A DNA stretch of 64,000 nt from Nitrospirota bacterium (GTDB lineage Bacteria > Nitrospirota > UBA9217): the NCBI GenBank assembly GCA_963790205.1, contig CAWBNQ010000014.1:160001-224000 (forward strand), read 5' to 3'. Within the stretch, counting starts at the first letter, position 1, and the number at the start of each line of letters is the position of its first letter. This document shows, one piece after another, positions 1-9,663 of the stretch. A program made the translations under genes and the position numbers. The notes under the pieces are model-generated. The model did not search any database, was not told the DNA's origin, and saw nothing but the letters and a program-made list of their open reading frames with translations.

Positions 1-178
1 CCAAAAGCTCACGCAAAAGGTTCGGGATCCGGTAGGCCACGTAGAAGGCGTCGGCGGCAAGGCCTGTGCCGAAGGCCCAGGACATTGCCATGTCCCGCAC
101 GTATCCCATGACGCGGGAAACGAGCGTGGCGGAACCGACGATCCCGGCCGCTTTTGCGACCTTTACGTTCTCAGACAT
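1..178 (-). CDS. murJ: Lipid II flippase MurJ/MviN, 5' part (runs off the window)
   Basis: Manual translation MSENVKVAKAAGIVGSATLVSRVMGYVRDMAMSWAFGTGLAADAFYVAYRIPNLLRELL is the typical MurJ N-terminus; divergent from rpsT. Confidence 0.92.
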   Translation of the reverse strand, partial: MSENVKVAKAAGIVGSATLVSRVMGYVRDMAMSWAFGTGLAADAFYVAYRIPNLLRELL

Positions 179-318
179 CCTTCTACACCTCGTAATTCTA
201 TAAAATAAGAGGTAACTGTATCAGAAACCCGCTGGCAAGAAAAGGTTTTTTTTCTTGACACCTGGCGGCCCTTTATGTTAAAAGGTTAATCTGTTTTTAA
301 CTCCCAAGGAGGCGCGCA

Positions 319-588
319 GTGGCAATACACAAGTCCGTTATCAAAAGGCAGAAGCAGGCCGAAAAGAAGCATGAGATCAATAAATCCGTAAAATCAGCGC
401 TCAAGACCATTGCAAAGAAGGTGGAACAGGCCGTTGAGGCCAAGAACGCCGCTGCTGCCAAGGAGACCCTAGTCAAGGCCATGAAGGCCTATGACAAGGC
501 CGCTTCCGCAGGCGTCCTTCACAAGAGCACCGCCTCCCGCAAGATCTCGCGCCTTTCGACCAGGGTGAGCAAGATCGGCGCAGCGTAA
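319..588 (+). CDS. rpsT: 30S ribosomal protein S20
   Basis: GTG start with GGAGG RBS; basic protein with DKAASAGVLHKSTASRKISRL motif. Confidence 0.97.
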   Translation: MAIHKSVIKRQKQAEKKHEINKSVKSALKTIAKKVEQAVEAKNAAAAKETLVKAMKAYDKAASAGVLHKSTASRKISRLSTRVSKIGAA

Positions 589-615
589 TATCCGGTATTG
601 ATATTGTCAACCCCG

Positions 616-647
616 AGGCGCCTTCAGAGGAAGGCGCCTTATTTTTT
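616..647 (+). terminator. Intrinsic terminator after rpsT
   Basis: aggcgccttc-aga-ggaaggcgcct hairpin followed by a T run. Confidence 0.75.
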
Positions 648-660
648 CATTCCGCATTTC

Positions 661-1665
661 TCAGCTTCCGCACAGCTTCAAAATCATCCGCTCCAAAACC
701 AGTCTTCCCGAGAGCCCGCTCGACTTGAGCGTTTTGTCCGTTGACAGCATCACTTCAAAGGTCTCGCGCAGTTCGTCCAGGCTGAAACTCCTCATCTGGG
801 CCTTGAACTGGGCCGTCTGATGAAATATTACCGGGGGCCTGAGCTTCTTCATGGCCTCATCGGGCCCCGTGCCGGCGGCCTCCATGGCCTTGGCTTGCAG
901 CAGCCTCCGGAAATTCCACGCGATCGAACCGAGCAGGCCCACGGGCTGCTCCCCTTCCTGGATCAGACGGGAAAGAATGAGGAACGCCTTTTCCCTGTTC
1001 TTTGACCCGAGGGCGGCCGCAAGGTCGAAGGGCGTGTACTCCCGGAAGTCCTCCACCGCCGCTTTCACGTCCTCGAAGGTGATGGTTTTCTTATCTTTTA
1101 TATAAATTTCGACCTTCTCGAGCTCGTTGCCGATCTTCTGCAGATCGTTGCCGATGGTCTGCCAGAGATACTGCGCCGCGTCACGCTGCAGGGACAGGCC
1201 CCGCGTCCTGGCCCACCCCTCGATCCAGGCAATAATCTCGCGGTCCAGGAGCGGGTAGAACCGCGTAACCGCGCCGTGCGCCTCCACTGCGGAAGTGACG
1301 GATTTTTTGTCATACTTTCCCTGGTTCGAGACCATCACCAGGCAGGTGCTCGGCGACGGGTCGTTGAGATAAGGCGCCAATTCCTCGAGGTCGGCGGCCT
1401 TGAGCGCATCGAAATCCCTGGCGAGCACGAGCCGTTTCTCGGACATGAACGGGAGGGTCTGGCAAAGATTCACGAGCTCCGAGGCCGGAACATCGCGGCA
1501 ATAGAGCGCATTGAAGTTGAAATCCCTGGCGCCGGGGTCAACGACCTTCTTGATGATAAGGTCGAGCGCCTCCTGGATCAGAAACTCCTCTTCGCCGTAA
1601 AAAAGATAGAGGGGAAGGATCTTTCCCTGCTTGAGACTTGATATGAGGTCTTGATATTTAAGCAT
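661..1665 (-). CDS. holA: DNA polymerase III delta subunit
   Basis: LYLFYGEEEFLI, TLPFMSEKRLV and NELEK motifs; lptE-holA synteny; start reassigned to MLKYQDL because the upstream extension translates an intergenic repeat. Confidence 0.92.
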   Translation of the reverse strand: MLKYQDLISSLKQGKILPLYLFYGEEEFLIQEALDLIIKKVVDPGARDFNFNALYCRDVPASELVNLCQTLPFMSEKRLVLARDFDALKAADLEELAPYLNDPSPSTCLVMVSNQGKYDKKSVTSAVEAHGAVTRFYPLLDREIIAWIEGWARTRGLSLQRDAAQYLWQTIGNDLQKIGNELEKVEIYIKDKKTITFEDVKAAVEDFREYTPFDLAAALGSKNREKAFLILSRLIQEGEQPVGLLGSIAWNFRRLLQAKAMEAAGTGPDEAMKKLRPPVIFHQTAQFKAQMRSFSLDELRETFEVMLSTDKTLKSSGLSGRLVLERMILKLCGS

Positions 1666-1675
1666 AATGAAAAGG

Positions 1676-1803
1676 TCAAATTTCAAATAACAAACACCAA
1701 ATTCAAAGCTCCAAATTCCAAATCGCAATGTCCCGATCCTTTGAAATTTGAGACTTGGGCATTGGAATTTATTTGGGATCTGTTGCTTGGAGTTTGGTAT
1801 CAA
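1676..1803. repeat. AT-rich heptamer-periodic inverted repeat element
   Basis: caaattc/ccaaatt units on the left arm mirrored by gaatttg/ttggaat units on the right; similar elements at ~6362-6445, 47427-47556, 61785-61908. Confidence 0.7.
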
Positions 1804-1810
1804 TAAGCCC

Positions 1811-2356
1811 TTAGAACCCTTCCAAAACCCTGCTCCGCAGCGTCCAGGCAATGTCCTGGCTCGCCTGTTTGATGGCCGCGTCCTTTGCGACCCTCGTGTC
1901 CCTGATATCCGCTCTCCCCGCCGCATCGAAGGAAACGGCATAATCGGATATGAAACTGGACTCGATCCCCTTCTCCTGCCAGAGGACCTTCTTTGATCTC
2001 AGGTCCTCCAGACTTGCATCCACCACGATGTGCACCCGGTACTGCTGCACGTAAGCCTGGAGATTGTAGGAGAGCGGGGTCACTTCGTATTTCATGACCT
2101 TGCCGCGGAGCGCAAGTTCCGCCTCATCGAGGCTCATGACCTTCAGCCTGCCGTCGGTCAGGAATTCCTCCACCACTGCCTGTGTCACTTCCACATCCAC
2201 ATAGGGTTCATTCGTGGCGTTAAAGAACACCGGGATCGAGATGGTACGCACTCCCTCCGGCACGATCCCACCCGTGCCGGAAATATGATAGCCGCAGGAG
2301 GATACGATCAGGACCAATACCAGAGAAAGAATGAGTCTGACGCTTTTACTCCGCAT
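1811..2356 (-). CDS. lptE: LPS assembly lipoprotein LptE family
   Basis: Lipobox VSSCGY after a hydrophobic stretch; located between leuS and holA. Confidence 0.85.
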   Translation of the reverse strand: MRSKSVRLILSLVLVLIVSSCGYHISGTGGIVPEGVRTISIPVFFNATNEPYVDVEVTQAVVEEFLTDGRLKVMSLDEAELALRGKVMKYEVTPLSYNLQAYVQQYRVHIVVDASLEDLRSKKVLWQEKGIESSFISDYAVSFDAAGRADIRDTRVAKDAAIKQASQDIAWTLRSRVLEGF

Positions 2357-2381
2357 TCCACACTCCACCTTCCGCATTGAT

Positions 2382-4859
2382 TTACACCACCACATTCACC
2401 AGCTTGCCCTGGACCACGATGACCTTCTTTGGGGTCTTTCCGTTCATGAATTCCCTCACCTTGGGGTCCGCGAGGGCAGCGGCCTCGACGTCCTTATCAG
2501 AACCGCCGGCGGGAAGCGTGAGTTTGCTTCTGACCTTGCCGTTCACCTGCACAACGACGGTAAGTCTCCGACGCGACGATCGCTTCGGGATCATACTTTG
2601 GCCAGGGCGCGTTCGCGATGCTCTCCTTGTTGCCGAGCGATTCCCAGAGCTCCTCGGCAAAGTGCGGCGCAAAAGGAGCGATCAGCAGCATGAGCGCGTC
2701 GATCGCCAACCGCAGCACCGGCCCTTGCTTGTCAGGGTTGAACCCGTTCGACGCGTAATCGTACATCTCATTCACCATCTCCATGAGCGCCGAGATCGCG
2801 GTGTTGAAGTGGAACTCGCGCTCGATGTCCTCGGTCACTTTCTTGATTGTGAGGTGGGTCTTGCGGAAGAGCTTGTCCCCCCGCGCTTCGGACCCCGCGG
2901 GCTTGACGTTTTTGACCGCCTCGCTGTGCTTGTACACGATGGTCCAGACACGGTGGAGGAACCGGTATGCGCCGTCCACGCCCTGGTCGCTCCATTCAAG
3001 GTCGCGTTCCGGCGGCGCGGCAAAGAGCGAAAAGAGCCGCGCCGTGTCAGCGCCGTACTTCGTGAGGATAAAATCCGGGTCCACCACGTTGCCCTTGGAC
3101 TTGCTCATCTTGGCGCCGTCCTTGATCACCATGCCCTGCGTGAGCAAATTCTTGAACGGCTCATCGCCGTCAAAAAGCCCCAGGTCGCGTATCACCTTGG
3201 TAAAAAATCTCGCATAGAGCAGATGGAGCACGGCGTGCTCGATGCCGCCGATGTACTGGTCGACGCTCATCCAGTAACCTGCCGCTTTTTTATCGAAAGG
3301 CGCTTTGGTCTCTTTCGGGGAGCAGTAGCGGAGGAAGTACCACGACGAGTCCACGAAGGTGTCCATCGTGTCCGTCTCGCGCCACGCTTTGCCGCCGCAC
3401 TTCGGACAGGTCGTTTCCCGGAAGGACCGGGACTCGGCCAGGGGCGAGCGGCCCTTGCCCGTGAGCTCGACATCGACCGGAAGCCGCACCGGCAGGTCTT
3501 TTTCGGGCACCGGCACGGTGCCGCAAGCGTCGCAGTAGATGATCGGGATCGGCGTGCCCCAGTAGCGCTGGCGCGAGATTCCCCAGTCGCGGAGCCGCCA
3601 GTTCACCGTGCGTCTCGCCGATCTTCTTCTGTCTCAACATAATCGGCGACCGTCTCTTTCCCCCTCGCATTCGGCGTACCGTCAAAGGGTCCCGAGTTCA
3701 CCATCGTCCCTTCCGCGACAAAGGCCTCCTTCATTGCCCGGGGCTCGAGGTTCTTCTCCGCATTCTGGATCACGACGCGAATGGGAATAGTATACTTCTT
3801 CGCGAACTCGAAGTCGCGCTGATCGTGGGCGGGCACGGACATGATCGCTCCGGTGCCGTATTCCATGAGAACGAAGTTGCCGACCCAGACCGGGACCTTC
3901 TCGCTGTTCAACGGGTTGACGGCATAGGCGCCGGTGAAGACGCCTTCCTTTTCCTGTTTCTCGTCGGTGCGCGCCGCCTTGTCCTCGCGCATAACGCGCT
4001 GGCAGAACGCGCGCACGTCGTCGGCCTGCGGCTTCCCCTTGATGAGGGATTCCAGCATGGGGTGCTCCGGCGCTATGCTCATGAAGGTCACGCCGAAGAG
4101 CGTGTCCGGCCTCGTGGTGAAGATCGTGAGCTTCTCGCCCGTGCCCTCGACCGTAAAGTCCACCTCCACGCCGACGGACTTGCCGATCCAGTTCCGCTGC
4201 ATCGTGAGCACGCGCTCCGGCCAGCCCGTAAGTTTGTCAATGGAGGAGAGAAGTTCCTCGGCGTAGTCCGTGATCTTGAAAAACCACTGGTCGAGCTCCT
4301 TGTGCTGCACCACGGAACTGCAGCGCCAGCAAAGACCGTCCTCCACCTGCTCGTTCGCGAGCACGGTATTGCAGGACGGACACCAGTTCACGTACGAGAG
4401 TTTTTTGTATGCGAGGCCGCGCTCGTACATCTTGATAAAGAACCACTGGTTCCAGCGGTAATACTCTTCGAGGCAGGTGGTCACCTCGCGGTCCCAGTCG
4501 TAGGACAGACCAAGCCGCTTCAACTGCTTGTCGCGCATGAAGGCGATGTTCTCGAGGGTCCATTTGGCGGGATGGATACCATGCTTGATCGCCGCGTTTT
4601 CCGCCGGCAGGCCGAAAGAATCCCAGCCCATGGGATGAAGCACGTTGAAACCGCGCATCCGCTTATAGCGCGAGATCACGTCGCCGATGGCGTAATTACG
4701 AACGTGGCCCATGTGGATCCTGCCTGACGGGTACGGGAACATCTCGAGACAGTAGTACTTCGGCTTCGACGCGTCTTCCGTTACCGTAAAGGTCTTTTGC
4801 TCGGCCCAATGGCGCTGCCAGCGCTCTTCAACTTTCTTAAAATCGTACCGTTCGTCCAA
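2382..4859 (-). CDS. leuS: Leucyl-tRNA synthetase (split by indels near 3610-3635 and ~2570)
   Basis: MFPYPSG, HMGH, KMSKS motifs and C-terminal VQVNGKVR spread over three consecutive frames. Confidence 0.96.
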
Positions 4860-4925
4860 AACACTGCCTCCAAAACCCGGGGCGACCGGCGCAGCATAGT
4901 GTCACCGGGACAGGCCCGGCAACCG

Positions 4926-5600
4926 TTAATGCTTGACGCGCCCCTTGATGAACTGCTCGATGAGAATAATGTATTTCATATTGAGATTGATAAATCGTAC
5001 GCCGTACTGGTATTTGTTCGGCGCAATCCTGACCAGTCGTTTGACCTCGGCATCCGCTACGATCTCCCGGCGGCCGATCTGAAATATACAGGTCACCCGG
5101 TCGCTTCTCTCCAACACCCTGTCGGCTTCGAAAAGCATGCCAGAGATGCTGATGTTATGCGACACGCCGACGAAGGTCGATTTTTTCTCTTGCCCCTTCA
5201 CGGACACATGGAGCAGCGTCCGCATGTCCTCCCTCCGGGGGGCCAGGAGCAATTCGGACACCTTCCAGGTGAGTTGGGAAGGGTCAAGCGGCTTGGGAAG
5301 CATGATATTGGCTTTCGCATCCCGGCACTGCGAGAGTGATGACTCGGGGCCCTCACAGATCAGGATCACCGATACGTTTTTTAGTCTCGCGTCGCTCCGG
5401 ATCGTTGAGCAGAGCTTGATGCCGCCCATCAGCGGCAAACCCTCTTCCGTGATAATGATGTCCGCCCTATGGACGCCGTGCAAATTCAGGATCTCTTCAG
5501 AGGTGCGGGCGGGAAATGTCGTGATATTGCTCCGTTGAAAGATCGTATCGTGACTGCCGATGGCGTGCATAATGTTTCGAGCAATAATGATTTTTTTCAT
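4926..5600 (-). CDS. Receiver-like domain plus PilZ domain protein
   Basis: Receiver-like N-terminus (DIIITE...KP); PilZ motifs RREDMR and NISISG; YGVRF at the C-end. Confidence 0.75.
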   Translation of the reverse strand: MKKIIIARNIMHAIGSHDTIFQRSNITTFPARTSEEILNLHGVHRADIIITEEGLPLMGGIKLCSTIRSDARLKNVSVILICEGPESSLSQCRDAKANIMLPKPLDPSQLTWKVSELLLAPRREDMRTLLHVSVKGQEKKSTFVGVSHNISISGMLFEADRVLERSDRVTCIFQIGRREIVADAEVKRLVRIAPNKYQYGVRFINLNMKYIILIEQFIKGRVKH

Positions 5601-5729
5601 ACTGAACTAAACCGGAAAAGCTTTTTCACCGTAGAGAACGCAGAGACCGCCGAGAAAAAATCAAGCAGAGGTTACACGTTCAATAACCTCACGGCCTCCA
5701 CGATTTCAGCGGTCGATAGCTGTTTTCAA

Positions 5730-6254
5730 TTACTCCCTGATCCACCCCGGATACGCATCGGCCTTGCGCGCTTCCTCAGGGAGGTCGACTTCGAGAGAGC
5801 GTCGCGTCTTTGCCATGTTTGTTTCGAGCTTCAGCTGCTTTTTTTCAAGGCTCGATCGGGATTTTTTCTTTTTACCGCCTATCTTCTTCGGCTTCTGGTC
5901 CTGGTCATCCAGTTGCTTTAAGACCATATCGTACTCGTCTTGCTGGTCACGAAGCTTCAGGCGGAGATTGGCGGCCTTCTTGTGCCAGTACTCCTCGCCC
6001 CTGCCGTACTTGTCCTTGTGCTCCCTGACCGTTGCAGGCGATTTACCCGTTGCGGCAGGCTCCTCGCCTACGCTCACACGGCTCTCATCGGGTTTGACCA
6101 CCGTCGCGCTGTTCCGGTATTCCTGCGGTATCTGTTTCAGGTCATTGGTGAAGAACTCCTTGCCCTCCCTGTCTACATAACGGTAAAAATCGGCCCAGGC
6201 AGGGGATGCGGAAAACAAGAGAATGCACAATGCAGAAACAGTCAATATTCGCAT
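5730..6254 (-). CDS. Exported DUF4124-like protein with coiled-coil tail
   Basis: Signal peptide ending AWA, then DFYRYVDREGKEFFTND. Confidence 0.75.
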   Translation of the reverse strand: MRILTVSALCILLFSASPAWADFYRYVDREGKEFFTNDLKQIPQEYRNSATVVKPDESRVSVGEEPAATGKSPATVREHKDKYGRGEEYWHKKAANLRLKLRDQQDEYDMVLKQLDDQDQKPKKIGGKKKKSRSSLEKKQLKLETNMAKTRRSLEVDLPEEARKADAYPGWIRE

Positions 6255-6455
6255 GGCGGCCTCCACGAGTGATATGAAGGTAAAAAATAACACAATTACC
6301 GGGGCTTCGCAAGGTTTTTTCTTGAACTCTCGCGCGTAAGCATGATATAGTGCATTTACTACAAATCCGAAGCACGAAATCCTAAACTCTAAACACAGCG
6401 ATCGTCGATTCTTTTAGAATTTCGATATGAGAACTGCGAGTTTGTTGTAACTATC

Positions 6456-7817
6456 ATGCCTAAACCAGTCGTCGCCATAGTGGGCCGGCCGAACGTCGGC
6501 AAATCGACCCTGTTCAATCGGATCATCGGGAGGAACTTCGCCATCGTCGAGGACACGCCCGGCGTGACGAGGGACCGCAACTACACCGAGGCCGAGTGGG
6601 AAGGCAAGCGTTTTCTGCTTGTGGACACCGGCGGGTTCGAGCCTGAGACCGAAGACCCCATGTACTCAAAAATGCGGGAGCAGACCACGCTCGCCGTGGA
6701 AGAGGCGGACTTCATCGTCTTCCTCATGGACGGCAAGCAGGGCCTCCTCCCGGCGGACATCGAGGTGTCGCAGCGGCTTCGCGCTTCCGGCAAACCCGTG
6801 ATCTACGCCGTGAACAAGGTCGATGGTGAAAAACACGAAGGTTTCATCCCCGACTTCTACCGTCTCGGCATCGATACCCTCTTTCCGGTGTCGGCCCAGC
6901 ACGGGCAGGGATTCTCCGAACTCATGGACGAGCTCGGACGCATGCTTCCCGAGACGGCCCCGGAGGCGGAAGAAAAAGAACTTGCCGATGCCCCGAGAAT
7001 AGCCATCATCGGACGGCCGAACGTGGGCAAGTCGTCCTTCGTGAACGCGCTCATCGGCGAGGACCGCATGATCGTCAGTCCCGTGGCAGGCACGACGAGG
7101 GACGCCGTGGACAGCATGTATCAGTACTACGGCAGAAGGTATGTCCTCGTGGACACTGCGGGAATCCGGAGCCGCGGCAGGATCAGTCAGGGGATCGAAA
7201 AGTACAGCGTGATGCGGGCCATGAAAAGTTTGAGCCGCGCCGACGTAGCGCTCGTGCTGATCGACGCTTCGGAAGGCATCACCGAGCAGGATGAACGGAT
7301 CGTAGGGCTCGCCCATGAAGAGGGCAAGGGTATCATCCTCGTGCTCAATAAGTGGGACCTGGTGCCGGACAAGGAGCAGGCATACAAGCGGTTTATGACC
7401 GACGTGCAGCAGCGGCTCAAATTCGTCGATTATGCCTCGGTGATCACCCTTTCCGCCAAGACCCGACAGCGGATCACGAAGGTCTTTGAGGAAATCGACA
7501 AGGTGATCGAGGAGCGCGAAAAGCGAGTGCCCACGGCCGAGCTCAACAGGGTCTTCGAGAAACTCGCCGCCCACCATGAACCGCCGCTCTACCGGGCCCG
7601 GCGCGTGAAATACTACTATATTACACAGGTCGCAATCAAGCCGCCGACCTTCGTAGTTTTTGTGAACTATCCGGACGGCGTCCATTTCTCCTATATACGC
7701 TACATCGAGAATAATCTGCGCGAGGCCTTCGGGTTCCGCGGTACGCCCGTCAGGATTTTCGCCAAGAGGCGGAGAGAAGAGGCCGCGAAGAGAGAAAAAA
7801 AACCGGGACGCTTGTAA
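6456..7817 (+). CDS. der: Ribosome biogenesis GTPase Der/EngA
   Basis: Two GRPNVGKS G-domains plus KH-like C-terminus. Confidence 0.98.
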   Translation: MPKPVVAIVGRPNVGKSTLFNRIIGRNFAIVEDTPGVTRDRNYTEAEWEGKRFLLVDTGGFEPETEDPMYSKMREQTTLAVEEADFIVFLMDGKQGLLPADIEVSQRLRASGKPVIYAVNKVDGEKHEGFIPDFYRLGIDTLFPVSAQHGQGFSELMDELGRMLPETAPEAEEKELADAPRIAIIGRPNVGKSSFVNALIGEDRMIVSPVAGTTRDAVDSMYQYYGRRYVLVDTAGIRSRGRISQGIEKYSVMRAMKSLSRADVALVLIDASEGITEQDERIVGLAHEEGKGIILVLNKWDLVPDKEQAYKRFMTDVQQRLKFVDYASVITLSAKTRQRITKVFEEIDKVIEEREKRVPTAELNRVFEKLAAHHEPPLYRARRVKYYYITQVAIKPPTFVVFVNYPDGVHFSYIRYIENNLREAFGFRGTPVRIFAKRRREEAAKREKKPGRL

Positions 7818-7869
7818 TAAAGACGGGGACGGCTCAATGCAAGGAATTCAATAAACGCGCAAAAAAAGG

Positions 7870-7899
7870 TTGACAATCCGGTTCTCAAGGGAGTATTAT
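7870..7899 (+). promoter_or_regulatory. Sigma70-like promoter for the csp-RRM-rpsU cluster
   Basis: TTGACA-N18-TATTAT about 140 nt upstream of the csp start, consistent with a long csp 5' UTR. Confidence 0.6.
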
Positions 7900-8037
7900 T
7901 GCAGCAGATTCTAGGGAAATAGAGAGTGGAACGTGAGTTTTTGTTAATTGCCAGGCTGCAAAAACTACATCGCGTAGATTTGCGGCTATTTTTTTTGTAC
8001 AAAGGGGATTTTCACACTTCAGAAGGAGGAGCAAAAA

Positions 8038-8238
8038 ATGTCGAACGGTTCGGTAAAGTGGTTCAATGACGCGAAAGGCTATGGTTTCATCACCAGCGAG
8101 GAAGGGAGCGATGTGTTCGTCCATTTCTCGGCGATCCAGGGAGACGGTTTCAGGTCTCTCGCGGAAGGGGATGCGGTAAGTTTCGACATCGAGAAGGGAC
8201 CAAAAGGTCTTCAGGCGGTTAACGTCGTAAAGCAGTAG
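8038..8238 (+). CDS. Cold-shock protein (CspA family)
   Basis: [13 protein letters not shown] and DVFVHFSAI motifs. Confidence 0.97.
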   Translation: MSNGSVKWFNDAKGYGFITSEEGSDVFVHFSAIQGDGFRSLAEGDAVSFDIEKGPKGLQAVNVVKQ

Positions 8239-8309
8239 GCAATCCTGCCAGGAGCAGGGGCCTTCCATTGCGGGCAAAGCGGGATCAACAAACTCGGAGG
8301 AGGAGTAAC

Positions 8310-8672
8310 ATGGCCAAGAAATTGTACGTAGGCAATCTGTCGTACCAAATGACGGAAGACGGGCTCAAAGATATCTTTTCACCGATCGGAGAGGTGTTGT
8401 CTGCGAAGATCATAACCGACGCCGCGACCGGGCGCTCAAAAGGGTTCGGCTTCGTTGAAATGGCGTCTGATGAGGATGCAGACAAGGCGATCGCGGAGCT
8501 CAACGGCACCACCGTTCAGGACCGTGCGCTGAATGTGAGCGAAGCAAGACCGCAGACAGAGCGGGGCGGACGAGGCGGCGGAAGGCCAGGCGGTGGCGGA
8601 GGCGGCAGAGGCGGCCAGCGGGGATTTGACCGGGGCGGCGGAAGCGGAAAAGGTCGGGATAATTGGAGATAA
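8310..8672 (+). CDS. RRM RNA-binding protein with Gly/Arg-rich tail
   Basis: LYVGNL (RNP2), KGFGFVEM (RNP1); GGAGGAG RBS. Confidence 0.95.
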   Translation: MAKKLYVGNLSYQMTEDGLKDIFSPIGEVLSAKIITDAATGRSKGFGFVEMASDEDADKAIAELNGTTVQDRALNVSEARPQTERGGRGGGRPGGGGGGRGGQRGFDRGGGSGKGRDNWR

Positions 8673-8860
8673 GAGTTGACGGGAACATCGAAAAAGCCAT
8701 ACGGCTTCTCAAGCGAAAAATGCAGACCGACGGCCTTTTCAGGGAACTGAAGAACCGTCGTTTTTATGAGAAACCCTCGATAAAGAAGAAACGGAAGCGG
8801 ATAGAAGCACAGAAACGGAAGCTGAAAAGCCTGAAGAACAGCAGGCGGGACAGGGCGTAA
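8663..8860 (+). CDS. rpsU: 30S ribosomal protein S21
   Basis: IEKAIRLLKRK...RRFYEKPS motif; TTG start overlaps the RRM gene end. Confidence 0.93.
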   Translation: MEIRVDGNIEKAIRLLKRKMQTDGLFRELKNRRFYEKPSIKKKRKRIEAQKRKLKSLKNSRRDRA

Positions 8861-8874
8861 CATCTCGTAGGTGA

Positions 8875-9663
8875 CTACTTCACCTTTTTTCTTTTCTTTT
8901 CCATCTTTACATCGACCATCGTGAGATCGTGGAGACTTTTCTCCAGCTTTTCCTTGGCACGGGCCAGAGCCTCCTTGTCCCTCGTCAAAAGGTCGATCTT
9001 TTTATCCAGCCCGCTGTTGTCTTTGGCCAGGCCGTCTCGCTCTTTGAGGAGTGCGGCCTTTTCCTTGAGCAGGCCGTCCTTATCATTCAGCAGTTCGTCG
9101 ACCTTCATCGTGAGGCTGTTCTTCTCAGTGAGAAGCAGGTTCCGCTCTTTGGCGACCGCTTCATCATCGGCATGAACATTCTGCAGCTCCTCTGTCAATG
9201 CCTCCACTTTCCTCGTTAGCGTATCGACCTCCTTCATAAGCTCATTCGTCCTCGTTTGTTCCAAGCTCCCGAGGACGTCATGCCAGCTCCGTGCCTCGCC
9301 GGCGAGTGTGCCCGATGGGTACCGGACCAGAAATTCCTCAAACTCCCGCGCAGCACGACGGTAATCCTTGTCCGGATTCTTATAGTACACGAGAAGATAC
9401 GCTGCGTTAAACTGCGCCTGCTCGGCGCGGCGCGGATCGGAGAGGTCTTCCGCCAGCGCACGGTATGAGGCGCGCGCCTCACCGTAATGTCCCTGATCGA
9501 AGGCGGTCCCCGCGTCCCGGAATTTCTTCGCGCCTTCTCCCCCTGCCAAACCCTGCATCAGCGGTGCGCAACCTGCCAGCATCAGAATAAGCGTCAAAGT
9601 CAGAAGGCACATCGCAGGGGCGCCCCCTTCCCTTCTCTCAAGGCACTGGAAAGCCCCTTTCAT
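8875..9663 (-). CDS. Lipoprotein with TPR/BamD-like helices and long coiled coil
   Basis: Lipobox LAGC; FEEFLVRYPSG motif; heptad repeats; ATGA overlap with the upstream DGC gene. Confidence 0.75.
   Translation of the reverse strand: MKGAFQCLERREGGAPAMCLLTLTLILMLAGCAPLMQGLAGGEGAKKFRDAGTAFDQGHYGEARASYRALAEDLSDPRRAEQAQFNAAYLLVYYKNPDKDYRRAAREFEEFLVRYPSGTLAGEARSWHDVLGSLEQTRTNELMKEVDTLTRKVEALTEELQNVHADDEAVAKERNLLLTEKNSLTMKVDELLNDKDGLLKEKAALLKERDGLAKDNSGLDKKIDLLTRDKEALARAKEKLEKSLHDLTMVDVKMEKKRKKVK

Noticed and set aside
1666..1941. N-terminal extension of holA
   Set aside because: It translates the heptamer repeat element and overlaps lptE
2377..4727. Long antisense ORFs (e.g. 2377-3642, 3825-4727, 30250-31512, 46245-47435, 48063-49232, 52358-53380)
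   Set aside because: Shadows of GC-rich real genes on the opposite strand; no recognisable motifs
2382..4859. leuS, aspS, ftsH, folP and aroB as pseudogenes or programmed frameshifts
   Set aside because: Essential genes with no other decay and no slippery heptamer/stimulator pattern; sequencing error is simpler
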